A model generated the notes under the pieces. That model was given only the letters and a program-made list of their open reading frames with translations, was not told where the DNA came from and did no database searches. A stretch of 64,000 nucleotides of DNA from Candidatus Omnitrophota bacterium (GTDB taxonomy: Bacteria; Omnitrophota; Gorgyraeia; Zapsychrales; Fredricksoniimonadaceae): assembly GCA_013285735.1 (NCBI GenBank), contig JABDGZ010000005.1, positions 3,834-67,833 of the forward strand, written 5' to 3'. Made by a program: the position numbers and the translations under genes. Positions 1-10,438 of this stretch are shown here, piece by piece. Position 1 is the first letter of the stretch, and every line of letters begins with the position of its first letter.

Positions 1-1
1 T

Positions 2-604
2 GAAGAAATACGTTGCCGATTATTGTTTAATTCTGCCTTTATCCATCCGTCCATGCTGTTTAAAAAATCAATTTTTACAGATCAAGAGTTGTTGTATCAT
101 GAAATTAAAGCTCTTGAAGATTATGACTTATGGGTAAGGCTCGTTGAGAAAATTAAAATGGCTAATATCCCACGAGTCCTCCTTAAATACCGCACCCATG
201 ATCAGTCGGAGAGTAGCCGGTGGCATTCAATCCAAAATCAGAATTTGAACAATTTAAGAAGAAAAAAGTTGGCTGATTTGGGTCTTGCTGTTTCTGATGA
301 AAATCTTGCCCTGCATGCACAAATCGCTGTTTGTCCCAAAGGGTCTTCGGAAGAATTCTTAATAAGGGCTGAAGAGTGGTTAGCTAAGATTTATGAAGTC
401 AATGCCAAATCTGAAATATATGATAAGAATGTCCTGGGTGAAGAATTGGCATCATTTTTATTTGTTTTATGTTTTCAGGCCCGTTTTACAGTAGGCTTAA
501 GAAAGGCGTTTAAAATTTCTAGAAATTCAACATTGTCTCATTTTTTTTGTAGTGTCATCTTAAAGAAAGCTTTTTATAGTTCCAGAAATCTGGCAGGTAT
601 TTGA
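2..604 (+). CDS. glycosyltransferase family 2-like, C-terminal part (5' end upstream of window)
   Basis: The frame is open from nt 2 (EEIRCRLLFNSAFIHPSML...), so the Met at 23 is internal. 'FIHPSMLFKK...EDYDLWVRL...RVLLKYRTH' resembles the C-terminal half of GT2 enzymes. Lies in a glycan locus. Confidence 0.5.
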   Translation, partial: EEIRCRLLFNSAFIHPSMLFKKSIFTDQELLYHEIKALEDYDLWVRLVEKIKMANIPRVLLKYRTHDQSESSRWHSIQNQNLNNLRRKKLADLGLAVSDENLALHAQIAVCPKGSSEEFLIRAEEWLAKIYEVNAKSEIYDKNVLGEELASFLFVLCFQARFTVGLRKAFKISRNSTLSHFFCSVILKKAFYSSRNLAGI

Positions 605-627
605 TTTTTGGTTGTTAAAAGGATCTT

Positions 628-1329
628 ATGATTAAATATTTATCTAGTTGGATTTCTTTTGTTACAGATTTTTTTTGTTTTAGATCAATGGACCAGGATC
701 GTCGCTTTCCGATGGATTTGAGAAGGGTCTGTTTTTTTGGTCGGGATAAGTCCCAACAATCTTCTTTCGATGCTCATTATATTTTTCACACCTCTTGGGC
801 AGCGCGTATTTTAAAACGAACCTTGCCAAAGGAGCACATTGATATCTCTTCATCCTTGTATTTTGTTGGTATCGTTTCTGCTTTTATCCCTGTAAGATTT
901 TATGACTATCGTCCGGTCAGTCTTCCTTTAAGCGGCCTCGTTGTTGGTTCAGCTGATTTGACATCTTTAGAATTTCCTGACAATTCTATTTTCTCTCTTT
1001 CGTGCATGCATGTGGTTGAGCATATTGGATTAGGGCGTTATGGTGATCCTATCGATCCCAGTGGAGATTTGAAAGCTATTAATGAATTGAAGCGTGTTTT
1101 ATCATTGGGAGGGGATTTACTGTTTGTCACTCCTGTAGGATCACCAAGAATCATATTTCATGCGCATCGCATTTATGCCTATTCACAGATTATGAAATAT
1201 TTTGACGGACTTAAGCTTATGGAATTTATGTTAGTATTGGATGATGGATCTATAGTCCATGATGCTCCAGAAAGCCTTGCCAATGCCCAAGAATATGGTT
1301 GCGGCTGTTTTTGGTTTCGAAAGGAATGA
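628..1329 (+). CDS. SAM-dependent methyltransferase, DUF268-like
   Basis: 'LSCMHVVEHIGLGRYGDPIDPSGDLKAINELKRVLSLGGDLLFVTPVG' matches the VxEHxGLGRYGD signature I associate with DUF268 methyltransferases. Confidence 0.55.
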   Translation: MIKYLSSWISFVTDFFCFRSMDQDRRFPMDLRRVCFFGRDKSQQSSFDAHYIFHTSWAARILKRTLPKEHIDISSSLYFVGIVSAFIPVRFYDYRPVSLPLSGLVVGSADLTSLEFPDNSIFSLSCMHVVEHIGLGRYGDPIDPSGDLKAINELKRVLSLGGDLLFVTPVGSPRIIFHAHRIYAYSQIMKYFDGLKLMEFMLVLDDGSIVHDAPESLANAQEYGCGCFWFRKE

Positions 1330-2030
1330 GAATGTTATCAGTCGGTTTGGGCAATGAACAAAATAGAATAGATTGGGTGGCAAAAAAATTGAAAGAATTG
1401 CCTGCAGGCAGCCGCCTATTGGATGCAGGGGCCGGTGAGCAGCAATATAAAATTTATTGTTCTCATTTAAAATACGTTTCCCAAGATTTTGCAAAATATG
1501 AAGGAGTTGGTGATGGGGTGGGGTTACAAACAGGCAAATGGGACAATAATAAATTAGATATTATATCTGACATTACAAATATTCCAGAACCAGATGGGTC
1601 TTTTGATGCCATCATGTGCACCGAAGTCTTTGAGCATATACCTGACCCAATTACTGTTATTAAGGAGTTTTCCCGTCTTTTAAAAAAGGGAGGGGTTTTG
1701 ATAGTTACCGCTCCTTTTTGCAGTTTGACCCATTTTTCGCCTTATCATTTTTATACAGGTTTTAACCGGTATTTTTATCAAACGCTTTTAACCAAATATG
1801 GATTTCATCTATTAGAGATCCAATCTAATGGTAATTATTTTGAGTATTTGGCTCAGGAAATCAGACGAGTTATCCCTGTGGCAAAGAAATATTCCAATAC
1901 AAACATTAGTATAATTGAAAAAATAGTATTAGGCCTGGCTTTAATTGTTCTGCAACGGCTTAGTAAAAAAGATGCTGGTTCAAATGAGCTGCTGTGTTAC
2001 GGGTATCATGTTTTTGCGACCAAAGAATAA
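1326..2030 (+). CDS. class I SAM-dependent methyltransferase
   Basis: Motif I 'LLDAGAGEQQY', 'DAIMCTEVFEHIPDP', 'LKKGGVLIVTAP'. The ATG at 1326 overlaps the upstream stop as ATGA; the track start at 1299 is also possible. Confidence 0.7.
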   Translation: MRMLSVGLGNEQNRIDWVAKKLKELPAGSRLLDAGAGEQQYKIYCSHLKYVSQDFAKYEGVGDGVGLQTGKWDNNKLDIISDITNIPEPDGSFDAIMCTEVFEHIPDPITVIKEFSRLLKKGGVLIVTAPFCSLTHFSPYHFYTGFNRYFYQTLLTKYGFHLLEIQSNGNYFEYLAQEIRRVIPVAKKYSNTNISIIEKIVLGLALIVLQRLSKKDAGSNELLCYGYHVFATKE

Positions 2031-2032
2031 GT

Positions 2033-2929
2033 ATGATTATTGTTAAATTAATTGGCGGGTTAGGGAATCAGATGTTCCAGTATGCGACGGGAAGAAGATT
2101 GGCGCATGAGTTGGGAGTTGATTTAAAATTGGATATCTCGGGATTTAATGCGTCTCAGTCCCGAAGGTATGATTTGTCTGTTTTTAATATTCAGGAGGAT
2201 TTTATTTCCGGGCAAGAACTCGTTACCTTGGTTCCTGCAAAATCCGGAAAGTTTAGAAGGCTTATGAATTGTTTTATTAGAGACTCTATTCTTGTGGAGA
2301 AGGGACGTGTTGAAGAATTGGCTTTATGCTTTAATCCCAAGGTTTTGACATTAAGCGACGGGTCTTATTTAGATGGGTATTGGCAATGTGAAAAGTATTT
2401 TATTGATATAAAAGAAATCTTGAAGGTTGAATTTCAGATGAAGACTGCCCAGGACGGGAAAAATAAAGAATTGGCTGAAATGATTGCGTCAACAGATTCC
2501 GTCAGTATTCACGTCAGGCGGGGTGATTATCTTTCAGCGGCTCATCAAACCCATGGCCTTTGTGATTTGAATTATTATAAAAGTGCCGTACAGCTTTTAT
2601 TAAAAACTATTGCACGGCCCAGTTTTTTCATTTTTAGCGATGATATAGCCTGGTGCAGGGAACATCTTAATTTACAGCACCCTACGGTATTTGTTGACCA
2701 TAATGCACCCGATAATGCTTTCGAAGACTTGCGTTTAATGAGCCAGTGCAAACATAATATTATAGCCAATAGCAGTTTTTCCTGGTGGGCGGCATGGCTG
2801 AATCAACATAAGGATAAAATCGTTATTGCTCCTTCAACATGGTTTATTTCCAAACAGTTTGATGGCCGCGATATTGTTCCTTCAGCCTGGATAAAAATAC
2901 CTGATCCGGCAGGGAAGGGTCTGGTGTGA
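2033..2929 (+). CDS. alpha-1,2-fucosyltransferase (GT11)
   Basis: 'MIIVKLIGGLGNQMFQYATGRRLA', 'HVRRGDY' and 'NSSFSWWAAWL' are the GT11 signature motifs. Start placed at the internal ATG 2033. Confidence 0.8.
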   Translation: MIIVKLIGGLGNQMFQYATGRRLAHELGVDLKLDISGFNASQSRRYDLSVFNIQEDFISGQELVTLVPAKSGKFRRLMNCFIRDSILVEKGRVEELALCFNPKVLTLSDGSYLDGYWQCEKYFIDIKEILKVEFQMKTAQDGKNKELAEMIASTDSVSIHVRRGDYLSAAHQTHGLCDLNYYKSAVQLLLKTIARPSFFIFSDDIAWCREHLNLQHPTVFVDHNAPDNAFEDLRLMSQCKHNIIANSSFSWWAAWLNQHKDKIVIAPSTWFISKQFDGRDIVPSAWIKIPDPAGKGLV

Positions 2930-2933
2930 GCTT

Positions 2934-3908
2934 ATGAGTTCTCCTTCGGGAAAAATAGATATTTTACTTTCCACTTATAATGGTGAACGTTATTTAAGGG
3001 AACTTTTGGAATCAATCATCAATCAAAGTTTTACGGATTGGCGTTTGCTTATCCGTGATGATGGCTCTCGAGATAAAACACCTGAAATTCTTGATGAGTA
3101 CCATAGAAGAAATCCCGACAAGATCATATTAATGCCTCAGGCGGATGGTAATCTGGGGGCAATGTTATCTTTTGGAAAACTCATGGAATATTCGACAGCA
3201 TCTTACGTTATGTTTTGTGACCAGGATGATGTTTGGTTAAAAGATAAAATACAGTTATCCTTCAATAAGCTTTTGGAATTAGAACAGAAATTTGGCCATG
3301 AGAGGCCTTTGCTCGTTTATACAGACTCTATGTTGGCGGATCAAGATCTTAATGTTATTTCAAATTCCATGTTGCATCATATGGGCTTTGATAGGCCTAA
3401 GGTGGCTCAGTTCAGGAATTTGATCTTATGCAATGTCGCCATTGGAAATACGGTTATTTTTAATAGAGCTTTAGTAAAATTATCCTGCCCCATACCTAAA
3501 GACGCTACCATGCATGATTGGTGGGTTGCTATTGTAGCGTCTGCATTCGGCCATGTTGATTATGTACCAAGCCCTACTGTTTTTTATAGACAGCACGATG
3601 ATAATGTTTGCGGTTTGAGAAAAAAATGGTTAATAGGAATTTTGTCAAAATTTCCCAGCGAATACAAGAAATATTATCGATATCAAGAGCATGTCATGAA
3701 ACAAATAAAAGCTTTTTATGGGCATCTTGGTTCATTGTCAGATAATAAGCACGTTTCAAAAGAGGTCTTGATGCTTTCGCCCCTTGCTGATTTGAATAAA
3801 TTAGGATATTGGAAACGTAAGTCTTTCCTTTTTTCTTTTTATAAAGAATGCACGTATCGATTTAAAGCTATTGTAGACTTGATACTTTATTTCAAGATTT
3901 ATAGATAA
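2934..3908 (+). CDS. glycosyltransferase family 2
   Basis: 'IDILLSTYNGERYLRELLESIINQSFTDWRLLIRDDGSRDKT' (GT-A N-terminus) and 'FCDQDDVW' (DxD). Confidence 0.75.
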   Translation: MSSPSGKIDILLSTYNGERYLRELLESIINQSFTDWRLLIRDDGSRDKTPEILDEYHRRNPDKIILMPQADGNLGAMLSFGKLMEYSTASYVMFCDQDDVWLKDKIQLSFNKLLELEQKFGHERPLLVYTDSMLADQDLNVISNSMLHHMGFDRPKVAQFRNLILCNVAIGNTVIFNRALVKLSCPIPKDATMHDWWVAIVASAFGHVDYVPSPTVFYRQHDDNVCGLRKKWLIGILSKFPSEYKKYYRYQEHVMKQIKAFYGHLGSLSDNKHVSKEVLMLSPLADLNKLGYWKRKSFLFSFYKECTYRFKAIVDLILYFKIYR

Positions 3909-3911
3909 ATT

Positions 3912-4640
3912 ATGCTTGCCCCTAGTGACGATATAAAAGTTTTTTCGTTTGATATTTTTGATACAACAGTGACTCGCTTTGTCGCTGATCCGAGGGATGT
4001 TTTCAGGCTTTTGCAAGAAACGCTTAGCGGTGAGGCTTTTAAAGAGTTTCCTGCTGTTATTCGATGTAATTTTGCTGCGTTACGTTTTAAAGCAGCGTTG
4101 CATGCCCGTATCGAAGGTCTATCTCAAGGCAGGCAAGACATAGGGATCGCAGATATATATATGAAACTTCAAGCTTTTTGTCCTATTGATGACAATCAAT
4201 TGCATCAACTGATGGAAATGGAGTTCGCACAGGAATTGGCTTGTATTTATCCCGTGGCATGGACAGTGAGCGAAATAAATAATTTAAGAAAGCTTAATAA
4301 ACGGATTGTTTTTACGTCAGATATGTACCTGCCTTTGGATCTGATTGAAAAGATTTTGATGAAGGCGAATGTCTATGTTCCCTCACAGGATCATATTTAT
4401 CTTTCCAATAAACTGGGGATGACTAAGTTAAGTGGAAAATTGTTTAAATATATTTTAGAAAATGAAGAATGCCTTCCCCAGGAACTCTGTCATTATGGAG
4501 ATGATCTGCACAGCGATGTTTATATACCCTTCAAGATGGGGATTAGTGATTATGTTTTGGATGATAGGCAAAGAAAAAGAGTATTAAGATTCCATCATTT
4601 AAAAAGGATAAGAGATTATTTTAACAAATTGTGCTTTTAG
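3912..4640 (+). CDS. HAD-superfamily hydrolase
   Basis: Motif I 'FDIFDTTVTR' (DxDxT), motif II 'VFTSDM', motif IV 'GDDLHSD'. Confidence 0.6.
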   Translation: MLAPSDDIKVFSFDIFDTTVTRFVADPRDVFRLLQETLSGEAFKEFPAVIRCNFAALRFKAALHARIEGLSQGRQDIGIADIYMKLQAFCPIDDNQLHQLMEMEFAQELACIYPVAWTVSEINNLRKLNKRIVFTSDMYLPLDLIEKILMKANVYVPSQDHIYLSNKLGMTKLSGKLFKYILENEECLPQELCHYGDDLHSDVYIPFKMGISDYVLDDRQRKRVLRFHHLKRIRDYFNKLCF

Positions 4641-4707
4641 TCCGTATGAGCGGAGTATTTTAGAGACGGGTGGGCTTTCTCGGGATTTTCGGTCTATTTT
4701 AGCCGGA

Positions 4708-6012
4708 GTGTCCAGGGTTTGCCGTGTGTCTGCTTCGTATCCTGATGAGCATCAACAAACCATTTGGAACACCAGTGTTAATGTTATTGGGCCTGTATTT
4801 TTATTTTTTGTATGGTGGACCTTGCAAGAGGCACAACGGCGGGGAATTAAACGGCTTTATTTTTTAGCGCGGGATGGACAGGTTTTACTGGATATTGCGA
4901 ATCTTATCAAAGAGAGTGGGCATTTTGATATTGATTGCCGGTATTTATATGGCTCCAGGCAGTCATGGTTGACATCGTCAGTTAAAACGGTTGGGAAAAG
5001 TGAATTAAAATGGATTATGTCTGATTGGTGGTATCCTTTATCCATTGATTCCGTGTGCCGTAGGATGGGATTTAAACCGGAAGAATTAGGTAATTTCTTT
5101 GAACATAATGGTTTTCCTTCAGATCACTACAAGGAACTTCTGAATAGTGATCAAAAACAGAGATTGATACAATGTTTACAATCAGTAGCTTTCGGAGAAT
5201 TGTACCTTAAGTATAAACAGGAAGATCAGAGTAATATGCTGGGGTATTTAAGGCAGGAGGGTATTTTTGATAATGAAGCCTATGGCCTTGTGGATATAGG
5301 TTGGAGAGGGAATCAGCAGTTAACATTGAATAAAATTCTAAAAACGGAAGATGCTCTCCCTAAAAATGGTATTACCGGATTTTATTTAGGATTGACGGAA
5401 TCTGTACATAAGATTGAAAGCGATACCCTGTTAGGATTTTTATTTGATTTATCATCGAGTTCGAAACGGATTTACCTTAGGAATAATCATATTTATGAAG
5501 CTTTTACAGCGGGATTGGATGGCAGGGTCATTAAGTTTCGATCTGCGGATGGAAAGTTTTATCCTGCCATGGCAGAGGTGAATCAAAAACTTATCGAATG
5601 GGGAGTGGGGATTCAGCGGGAAGGCATATTAAAGTTTGCTAAAGAGTTTATGGCGCATGCCCCAGCAGCATCTATGGCTCAAGAGAACTATTATCCCGTA
5701 CTTGAAAAGATCATGTATAAATTTATTAATACTCCCAGTCTATCTGAAGCCCAGGTTTATGGCCAGTTTCCAATGGATGGAGAAATGACGGAAAGTCGTG
5801 TCCAGGAAATAGCCCCTGTCATTACCCGTCGGCAATTTTGGCAGTCATGCATTAACTTAAAAGACTTTCGTTTATATTGGATACAATCTGTCTTTATTAG
5901 GTCCCATTTATGGGTAGAATATAATTTATGGAAGATCATTTTGCCGGTTATTGCTTACTCCTTTTATTTGATGATTAAGTGTTTAAAATTGATAGGGATT
6001 TCACCGCTATGA
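4708..6012 (+). CDS. hypothetical protein, HAD-associated family ('FLARDG', 'DIGWRG' motifs)
   Basis: 434-aa ORF with a GTG start and no convincing RBS. The frame is open for 32 codons upstream. 'LYFLARDGQ' and 'LVDIGWRGNQQ' recall long HAD-like (COG5610-type) proteins. Confidence 0.35.
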   Translation: MSRVCRVSASYPDEHQQTIWNTSVNVIGPVFLFFVWWTLQEAQRRGIKRLYFLARDGQVLLDIANLIKESGHFDIDCRYLYGSRQSWLTSSVKTVGKSELKWIMSDWWYPLSIDSVCRRMGFKPEELGNFFEHNGFPSDHYKELLNSDQKQRLIQCLQSVAFGELYLKYKQEDQSNMLGYLRQEGIFDNEAYGLVDIGWRGNQQLTLNKILKTEDALPKNGITGFYLGLTESVHKIESDTLLGFLFDLSSSSKRIYLRNNHIYEAFTAGLDGRVIKFRSADGKFYPAMAEVNQKLIEWGVGIQREGILKFAKEFMAHAPAASMAQENYYPVLEKIMYKFINTPSLSEAQVYGQFPMDGEMTESRVQEIAPVITRRQFWQSCINLKDFRLYWIQSVFIRSHLWVEYNLWKIILPVIAYSFYLMIKCLKLIGISPL

Positions 6013-7493
6013 TGGAAAAAGAAGAAATACGTACAGAAAAGGTATATTTAAAATTTCCCATGGATCATGCGGCTTTATTTGCTTGCCTGCTAGGATTTGT
6101 GCTATGGGCGTATCTTTTACATTTGAAGTATGTGCTTTTTGCATTTTGTGATTGGGACATGGCTTTATATGCTCAAGCGATGCAGAGTTTGTGCCATGGG
6201 ACAAGCTATGCCTCATTATTTGGGACCAGTTTTTTAGTGGACCATTCGCACTATATCGCTTTTTTACTCACACCCATTTATGCGCTTTTCCCTCATCCTT
6301 TGACGTTAATCAATTTAGAGCTTTTATCATTCTTTGGAGGAGGATTTGTGTTTTATAAAATTGCTTCAAAAACCGTCGGCGAGGTGACGGCGTTTATCTT
6401 AATGATTATTTATTTAATGCATCCTGCCAATATTTTTATGTTATTTTTTGAGTTTCATTTTGAGAGCCTGGCCCCGGGATTTATTTTCTTAATGTTTTAT
6501 TTTTATGGTGAGAAAAAATGGGTCCCTTTTATGATCACGGCATTGATTATATTGCTGATCAAAGAAAACATGGCATTGATCGTCGCTATGTTTGGGGTGT
6601 ATGGAATGCTCTTTAATAAGGAAAATCGATGGCGGTGGGGAGGGATTGTCTTTTGTATTGGTGTTTTATATTTTGTGGTCAATATGTTTGTCCTTATCCC
6701 GTATTTTCGCAGAGATTTAGTGCATTCATCCAGTATGTATTGGGTGATCTGTTATAACCACTTTGGCAATACGCCCCAAGAAATTCTGTTTAATTTATTC
6801 TTTCATCCCATCCAGGCACTCAAAGGGGTATGTACCGCTGTTAACTTAAATTATATTAAAAATTGTATCGGGCCTTTTTTATTCTTATCTATTTTTGGTT
6901 CTCAATCTTTAATAGGACTGCCCATATTAGCTCAAAATCTTTTGTCGAGTGTTCCTACCTTGCATACGATTTATTATCATTATGCCGCGACTCTCATTCC
7001 TTTTGCAGCGATGGGTGCTCTTGAGGCCCTTGGTTTTATTAAAACACGCGTCCGTCTGGGTGTGTTCATGGTTTTTGTTGTGCTGATTGCTTATACGGCG
7101 GGGGGCTTTGTATCTGATTATTGGTTGGCCTGGAAGTATAATATCAGGAGTTGGGACGATTCTTTGGCATCTGTCCGCCAATCCATGATTGAACAAATTC
7201 CCAAAGACTCTTCGGTTGTAGCCAGTTTTGATTTCTTAAGCCACCTGACTGACCACAAAAATCTTTATGCTTTTTATAGTGTTTGGAGGGACGCTAATGA
7301 TTTTACCGGCGAACGTCCCTTTAAGATGCCTGGTAATATTCAATATGCTTTAATTGACTTTGATGATCCATGGCTGTTGGCTGAATTGCATGCTCACCCG
7401 AGGGAAGCCTTGAGCCATATGGATAAATTCTTTATTCGATATAAATGGAAAATAAAATCAAGGCATGGGAGGATTATTTTATTCAAACGATGA
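6009..7493 (+). CDS. DUF2079 family multi-pass membrane protein (paralog 1)
   Basis: 'DWDMALYAQAMQSLCHGT...FLVDHSHYIAFLLTPIYALFPHPLTL', 'FEFHFESLAP', 'LIKENMAL'; many TM segments. ATG 6009 overlaps the upstream stop (ATGA). Confidence 0.7.
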   Translation: MMEKEEIRTEKVYLKFPMDHAALFACLLGFVLWAYLLHLKYVLFAFCDWDMALYAQAMQSLCHGTSYASLFGTSFLVDHSHYIAFLLTPIYALFPHPLTLINLELLSFFGGGFVFYKIASKTVGEVTAFILMIIYLMHPANIFMLFFEFHFESLAPGFIFLMFYFYGEKKWVPFMITALIILLIKENMALIVAMFGVYGMLFNKENRWRWGGIVFCIGVLYFVVNMFVLIPYFRRDLVHSSSMYWVICYNHFGNTPQEILFNLFFHPIQALKGVCTAVNLNYIKNCIGPFLFLSIFGSQSLIGLPILAQNLLSSVPTLHTIYYHYAATLIPFAAMGALEALGFIKTRVRLGVFMVFVVLIAYTAGGFVSDYWLAWKYNIRSWDDSLASVRQSMIEQIPKDSSVVASFDFLSHLTDHKNLYAFYSVWRDANDFTGERPFKMPGNIQYALIDFDDPWLLAELHAHPREALSHMDKFFIRYKWKIKSRHGRIILFKR

Positions 7494-8953
7494 AAATCAA
7501 GCTGAGTAAAGACCCCATGGATGTGGCGGCTTTAGCGCTGTGTTTGTTTGCGTTTTTTTGTTGGGTCATTCTTTTAAGTTATAAATATTTTCATTTTGGG
7601 TATCAGGATTGGGATTTAGCATTTTTTGCCCAGGGAATGTGGAATCTGATCCATGGATCCGGGTATGTTTCTGTATTTGACACTAATTTTTTTGCTAATC
7701 ATGCCAATTTAATTGCCTGCCTTGTTATTCCTCTGTATAAAGTTTTTCCCCATCCTTTAACCTTGGTCTTTTTAAAAGTCCTGTCCTATGTAGCGGCAGC
7801 TTTTATTTTATATACATTGGCTAAGGAGAAATTAGGTTCTAGGACAGCTCTTATTTTTTTATGCCTTTATTTGCTCTATGTCCCCAACGTCATGGGCATC
7901 TTTTATGAGTTTGATTTTGAAAGTTTGGCGCCGGCATTTTTGATGTTGATCTATTATTTTTACGTCAAGGACCGTTGGGTTGGTTTTTTAATTTGTGCTG
8001 TTATTTTAATTCTTATTAAAGAAAATTTGCCGTTAATTATCCTGGCCTTTAGTATTCATGGGTTATTTGTCAAGAAAGATAAAGTGCGATGGGCGGTTAT
8101 TCCGGGAATTTTGGCTTTGGTATCTTTTTATCTGTTGGTTTTTGTTTTTATACCGTATGTTTCAGGCAAGCCAATCGGAGAAGAGAATCCTTATTATATA
8201 GGGCAAAATTATAAGGATTTAGGAGGGTCTATAGGGGGAGTTTTTTATTCTTTCATTTTCCATCCTATTAAATTTTTGCGTTATGTCATGACTCCGATCA
8301 ATCTTAATTTTTTGTTAATTATTCTGGCGCCATTTATCTGCCTGCCCCTGGCCCGTCCGGGGATTTTATTTTTGATTTCTCCTATTTTGTTTCAACATTT
8401 ATTATCATCCTTTCGCACCGAGCAAAGCGTTTTTTATGCCTATGTTCTGACCATAGCTCCGTTCTTTTTTTTAGCTACTATTGAATCTTTAAGTTCTTTA
8501 TATAAAAGAGCAAGAAGGACATTTCATATTATTTTGGCCTTACTTTTATTATTTAATTTTATCTATTTCTTTCTAAATCTTCAGGAAATGGGAAAAAGAT
8601 TTATGCCAGAAGGGGTGCAGTCAGAGGAAATGACCCGCGATCGATGGGAATTGTTTCATATGATCCCTCCGGATGCGTCCGTGATTGCCTCTTTTTCTTT
8701 TTTAACACCGTTATCTCAAAGAAAAGATTTGTATGCATTTTATAAAATATACGATTTCAGATATCAAAATGGCCCAGGGGCTTTCGTATTACCTGTCACT
8801 GTCCAATACGCTTTAATTGATTTTGATGATCCATGGTTAGTCCATCGCATGAACGGTCAGCCAGGCGTCAGGAGCCGGCTTAACAAATTTTTTATTCAAT
8901 ATAAATGGAAAGTGATAAAAAGATATGGGAAGATTATGTTATATAATCGATAG
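7490..8953 (+). CDS. DUF2079 family multi-pass membrane protein (paralog 2)
   Basis: Collinear with paralog 1: 'DWDLAFFAQGMWNLIHGS...FFANHANLIACLVIPLYKVFPHPLTL', 'YEFDFESLAP', C-terminal 'YALIDFDDPWL...KFFIQYKWK'. ATGA overlap at 7490. Confidence 0.7.
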   Translation: MKIKLSKDPMDVAALALCLFAFFCWVILLSYKYFHFGYQDWDLAFFAQGMWNLIHGSGYVSVFDTNFFANHANLIACLVIPLYKVFPHPLTLVFLKVLSYVAAAFILYTLAKEKLGSRTALIFLCLYLLYVPNVMGIFYEFDFESLAPAFLMLIYYFYVKDRWVGFLICAVILILIKENLPLIILAFSIHGLFVKKDKVRWAVIPGILALVSFYLLVFVFIPYVSGKPIGEENPYYIGQNYKDLGGSIGGVFYSFIFHPIKFLRYVMTPINLNFLLIILAPFICLPLARPGILFLISPILFQHLLSSFRTEQSVFYAYVLTIAPFFFLATIESLSSLYKRARRTFHIILALLLLFNFIYFFLNLQEMGKRFMPEGVQSEEMTRDRWELFHMIPPDASVIASFSFLTPLSQRKDLYAFYKIYDFRYQNGPGAFVLPVTVQYALIDFDDPWLVHRMNGQPGVRSRLNKFFIQYKWKVIKRYGKIMLYNR

Positions 8954-8990
8954 AGACAGGTGTTTACGTTTTAATTAATCATTTTGGTTG

Positions 8991-9872
8991 ATGACTATGA
9001 AGAATATTTTAAATTTGTTACGGGTCAAGCAATGGGTCAAGAATGGTTTTATTTTATCCCCCTTAATCTTTTCAGGAAGACTGTTTTATCTTGCTGATGT
9101 GCAAAGCGTGTCGATTGCATTTGCGGGTTTTTGTTTTTTAGCCAGCGGTTTATACGTTTTTAATGATTTTTTGGATCTTAAAGCTGATGCTTTGCATCCT
9201 GGAAAATCAGCAAGGCCCTTAGCCAGCCTGCATCTTAGTCCCTTGGTGACAGGAGCGATCATTGTAGGGCTCATGGCGGTGGGGTTATTGCTGTGTTCAT
9301 GGGTGAGCCCTGCGGTGTTCTTTGTCGGTGTCATTTATATTTTGTTGCATATCGTTTACAATTTTTATACAAAGAAAATAGTCATCCTGGATGTTATTTT
9401 TATAGCTTTTGGATTTCAGGCAAGGATTTGGGCAGGGTCTTTGGCAGCTGGCGTTTTTCCTTCAGTGTGGTTACAAATGTGCGTGTTTGTGCTGGCTTTA
9501 TTTTTAGGGTTTATCAAACGCCGTCATGAATTGATTATTTTAAAGGACAGGGCTGGCGAACACCGGGCCGTGCTGGGGCATTATACATCTTATTTGTTAG
9601 ACCAGATCATCATGATCTGTGCCACTTTAACGGTGGTATTCTATGGGCTATATGCCATATCTCCCGAGATAGCCACACGATTTAAAGGCCATGGCATGGT
9701 GTATTCAATAATATTTGTGCTTTATGGTTTATTTCGCTACATTTATTTGGTTCATGTCAAGAGAAAGGGAGGCGATCCTGGAGAAGTGATGATGTCTGAT
9801 CTACCATTAATTATTTCCATTTCTTTATGGGTTATTTATATATTATTGTTGTCCGTACATGCCTTCCTTTAA
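8991..9872 (+). CDS. UbiA-family prenyl-phosphate phosphoribosyltransferase (decaprenyl-phosphate phosphoribosyltransferase-like)
   Basis: 'LLRVKQWVKNGFILSPLIF' and 'NDFLDLKADALHPGKSARPLAS' (NDxxDxxxD...HPxK..RPxAS) match the Rv3806c-type branch of UbiA. About 8 TM segments. Confidence 0.7.
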   Translation: MTMKNILNLLRVKQWVKNGFILSPLIFSGRLFYLADVQSVSIAFAGFCFLASGLYVFNDFLDLKADALHPGKSARPLASLHLSPLVTGAIIVGLMAVGLLLCSWVSPAVFFVGVIYILLHIVYNFYTKKIVILDVIFIAFGFQARIWAGSLAAGVFPSVWLQMCVFVLALFLGFIKRRHELIILKDRAGEHRAVLGHYTSYLLDQIIMICATLTVVFYGLYAISPEIATRFKGHGMVYSIIFVLYGLFRYIYLVHVKRKGGDPGEVMMSDLPLIISISLWVIYILLLSVHAFL

Positions 9873-9892
9873 ATCATTCCTGGAGGTTTTCT

Positions 9893-10429
9893 ATGAATAA
9901 AATCAGCGTCATTGTTATACCTGCGGTATTGATTTTATTTGGGTCATCAGTTTTTGCCCAGGATACCAATCCCTATAGTAATTCTGCCCAAGTCCAAAGA
10001 ATGATGATGGCCCGTTACGGTGGGGCAGGCGGTCAGGCAGGCATGCCAGGTATGATGACTAAAGAGAAGATAGAAAAGTTTGTGCAGTCTTTGTTAGAGA
10101 TGGGGTTGCTATACAAGATGATGGAGCAGCCGACAATGGTACCTGTTGATAATGGTATTGTTGTCGCTTACGGAAATACACTTAGGAAATATGATAAGGA
10201 TTTAAATGTTATTAAAGAGGTTGATTTGGATGTGAATGTGGATGGCATGCAAGAGTTAGCCGCAAGGTTTGCCAAGAAGTATTCAAACGATCTCATGGAT
10301 TTGATGGGGGGAATGACAGGTGCTCCTGGTGCTACTTCAGCTGCTGCAACAAGCGGGCCAGATGCCAGCAAGCCGTATGATCCCCAACGAGAAGCAGAAA
10401 TCCAGAAAGAAATTGAACAAATGAAGTGA
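9893..10429 (+). CDS. secreted Met/Gly-rich hypothetical protein
   Basis: GGAGG RBS 7 nt upstream of ATG 9893. Signal peptide 'MNKISVIVIPAVLILFGSSVFAQ'. No recognisable domain. Confidence 0.5.
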   Translation: MNKISVIVIPAVLILFGSSVFAQDTNPYSNSAQVQRMMMARYGGAGGQAGMPGMMTKEKIEKFVQSLLEMGLLYKMMEQPTMVPVDNGIVVAYGNTLRKYDKDLNVIKEVDLDVNVDGMQELAARFAKKYSNDLMDLMGGMTGAPGATSAAATSGPDASKPYDPQREAEIQKEIEQMK

Positions 10430-10438
10430 TTTTAGTTT

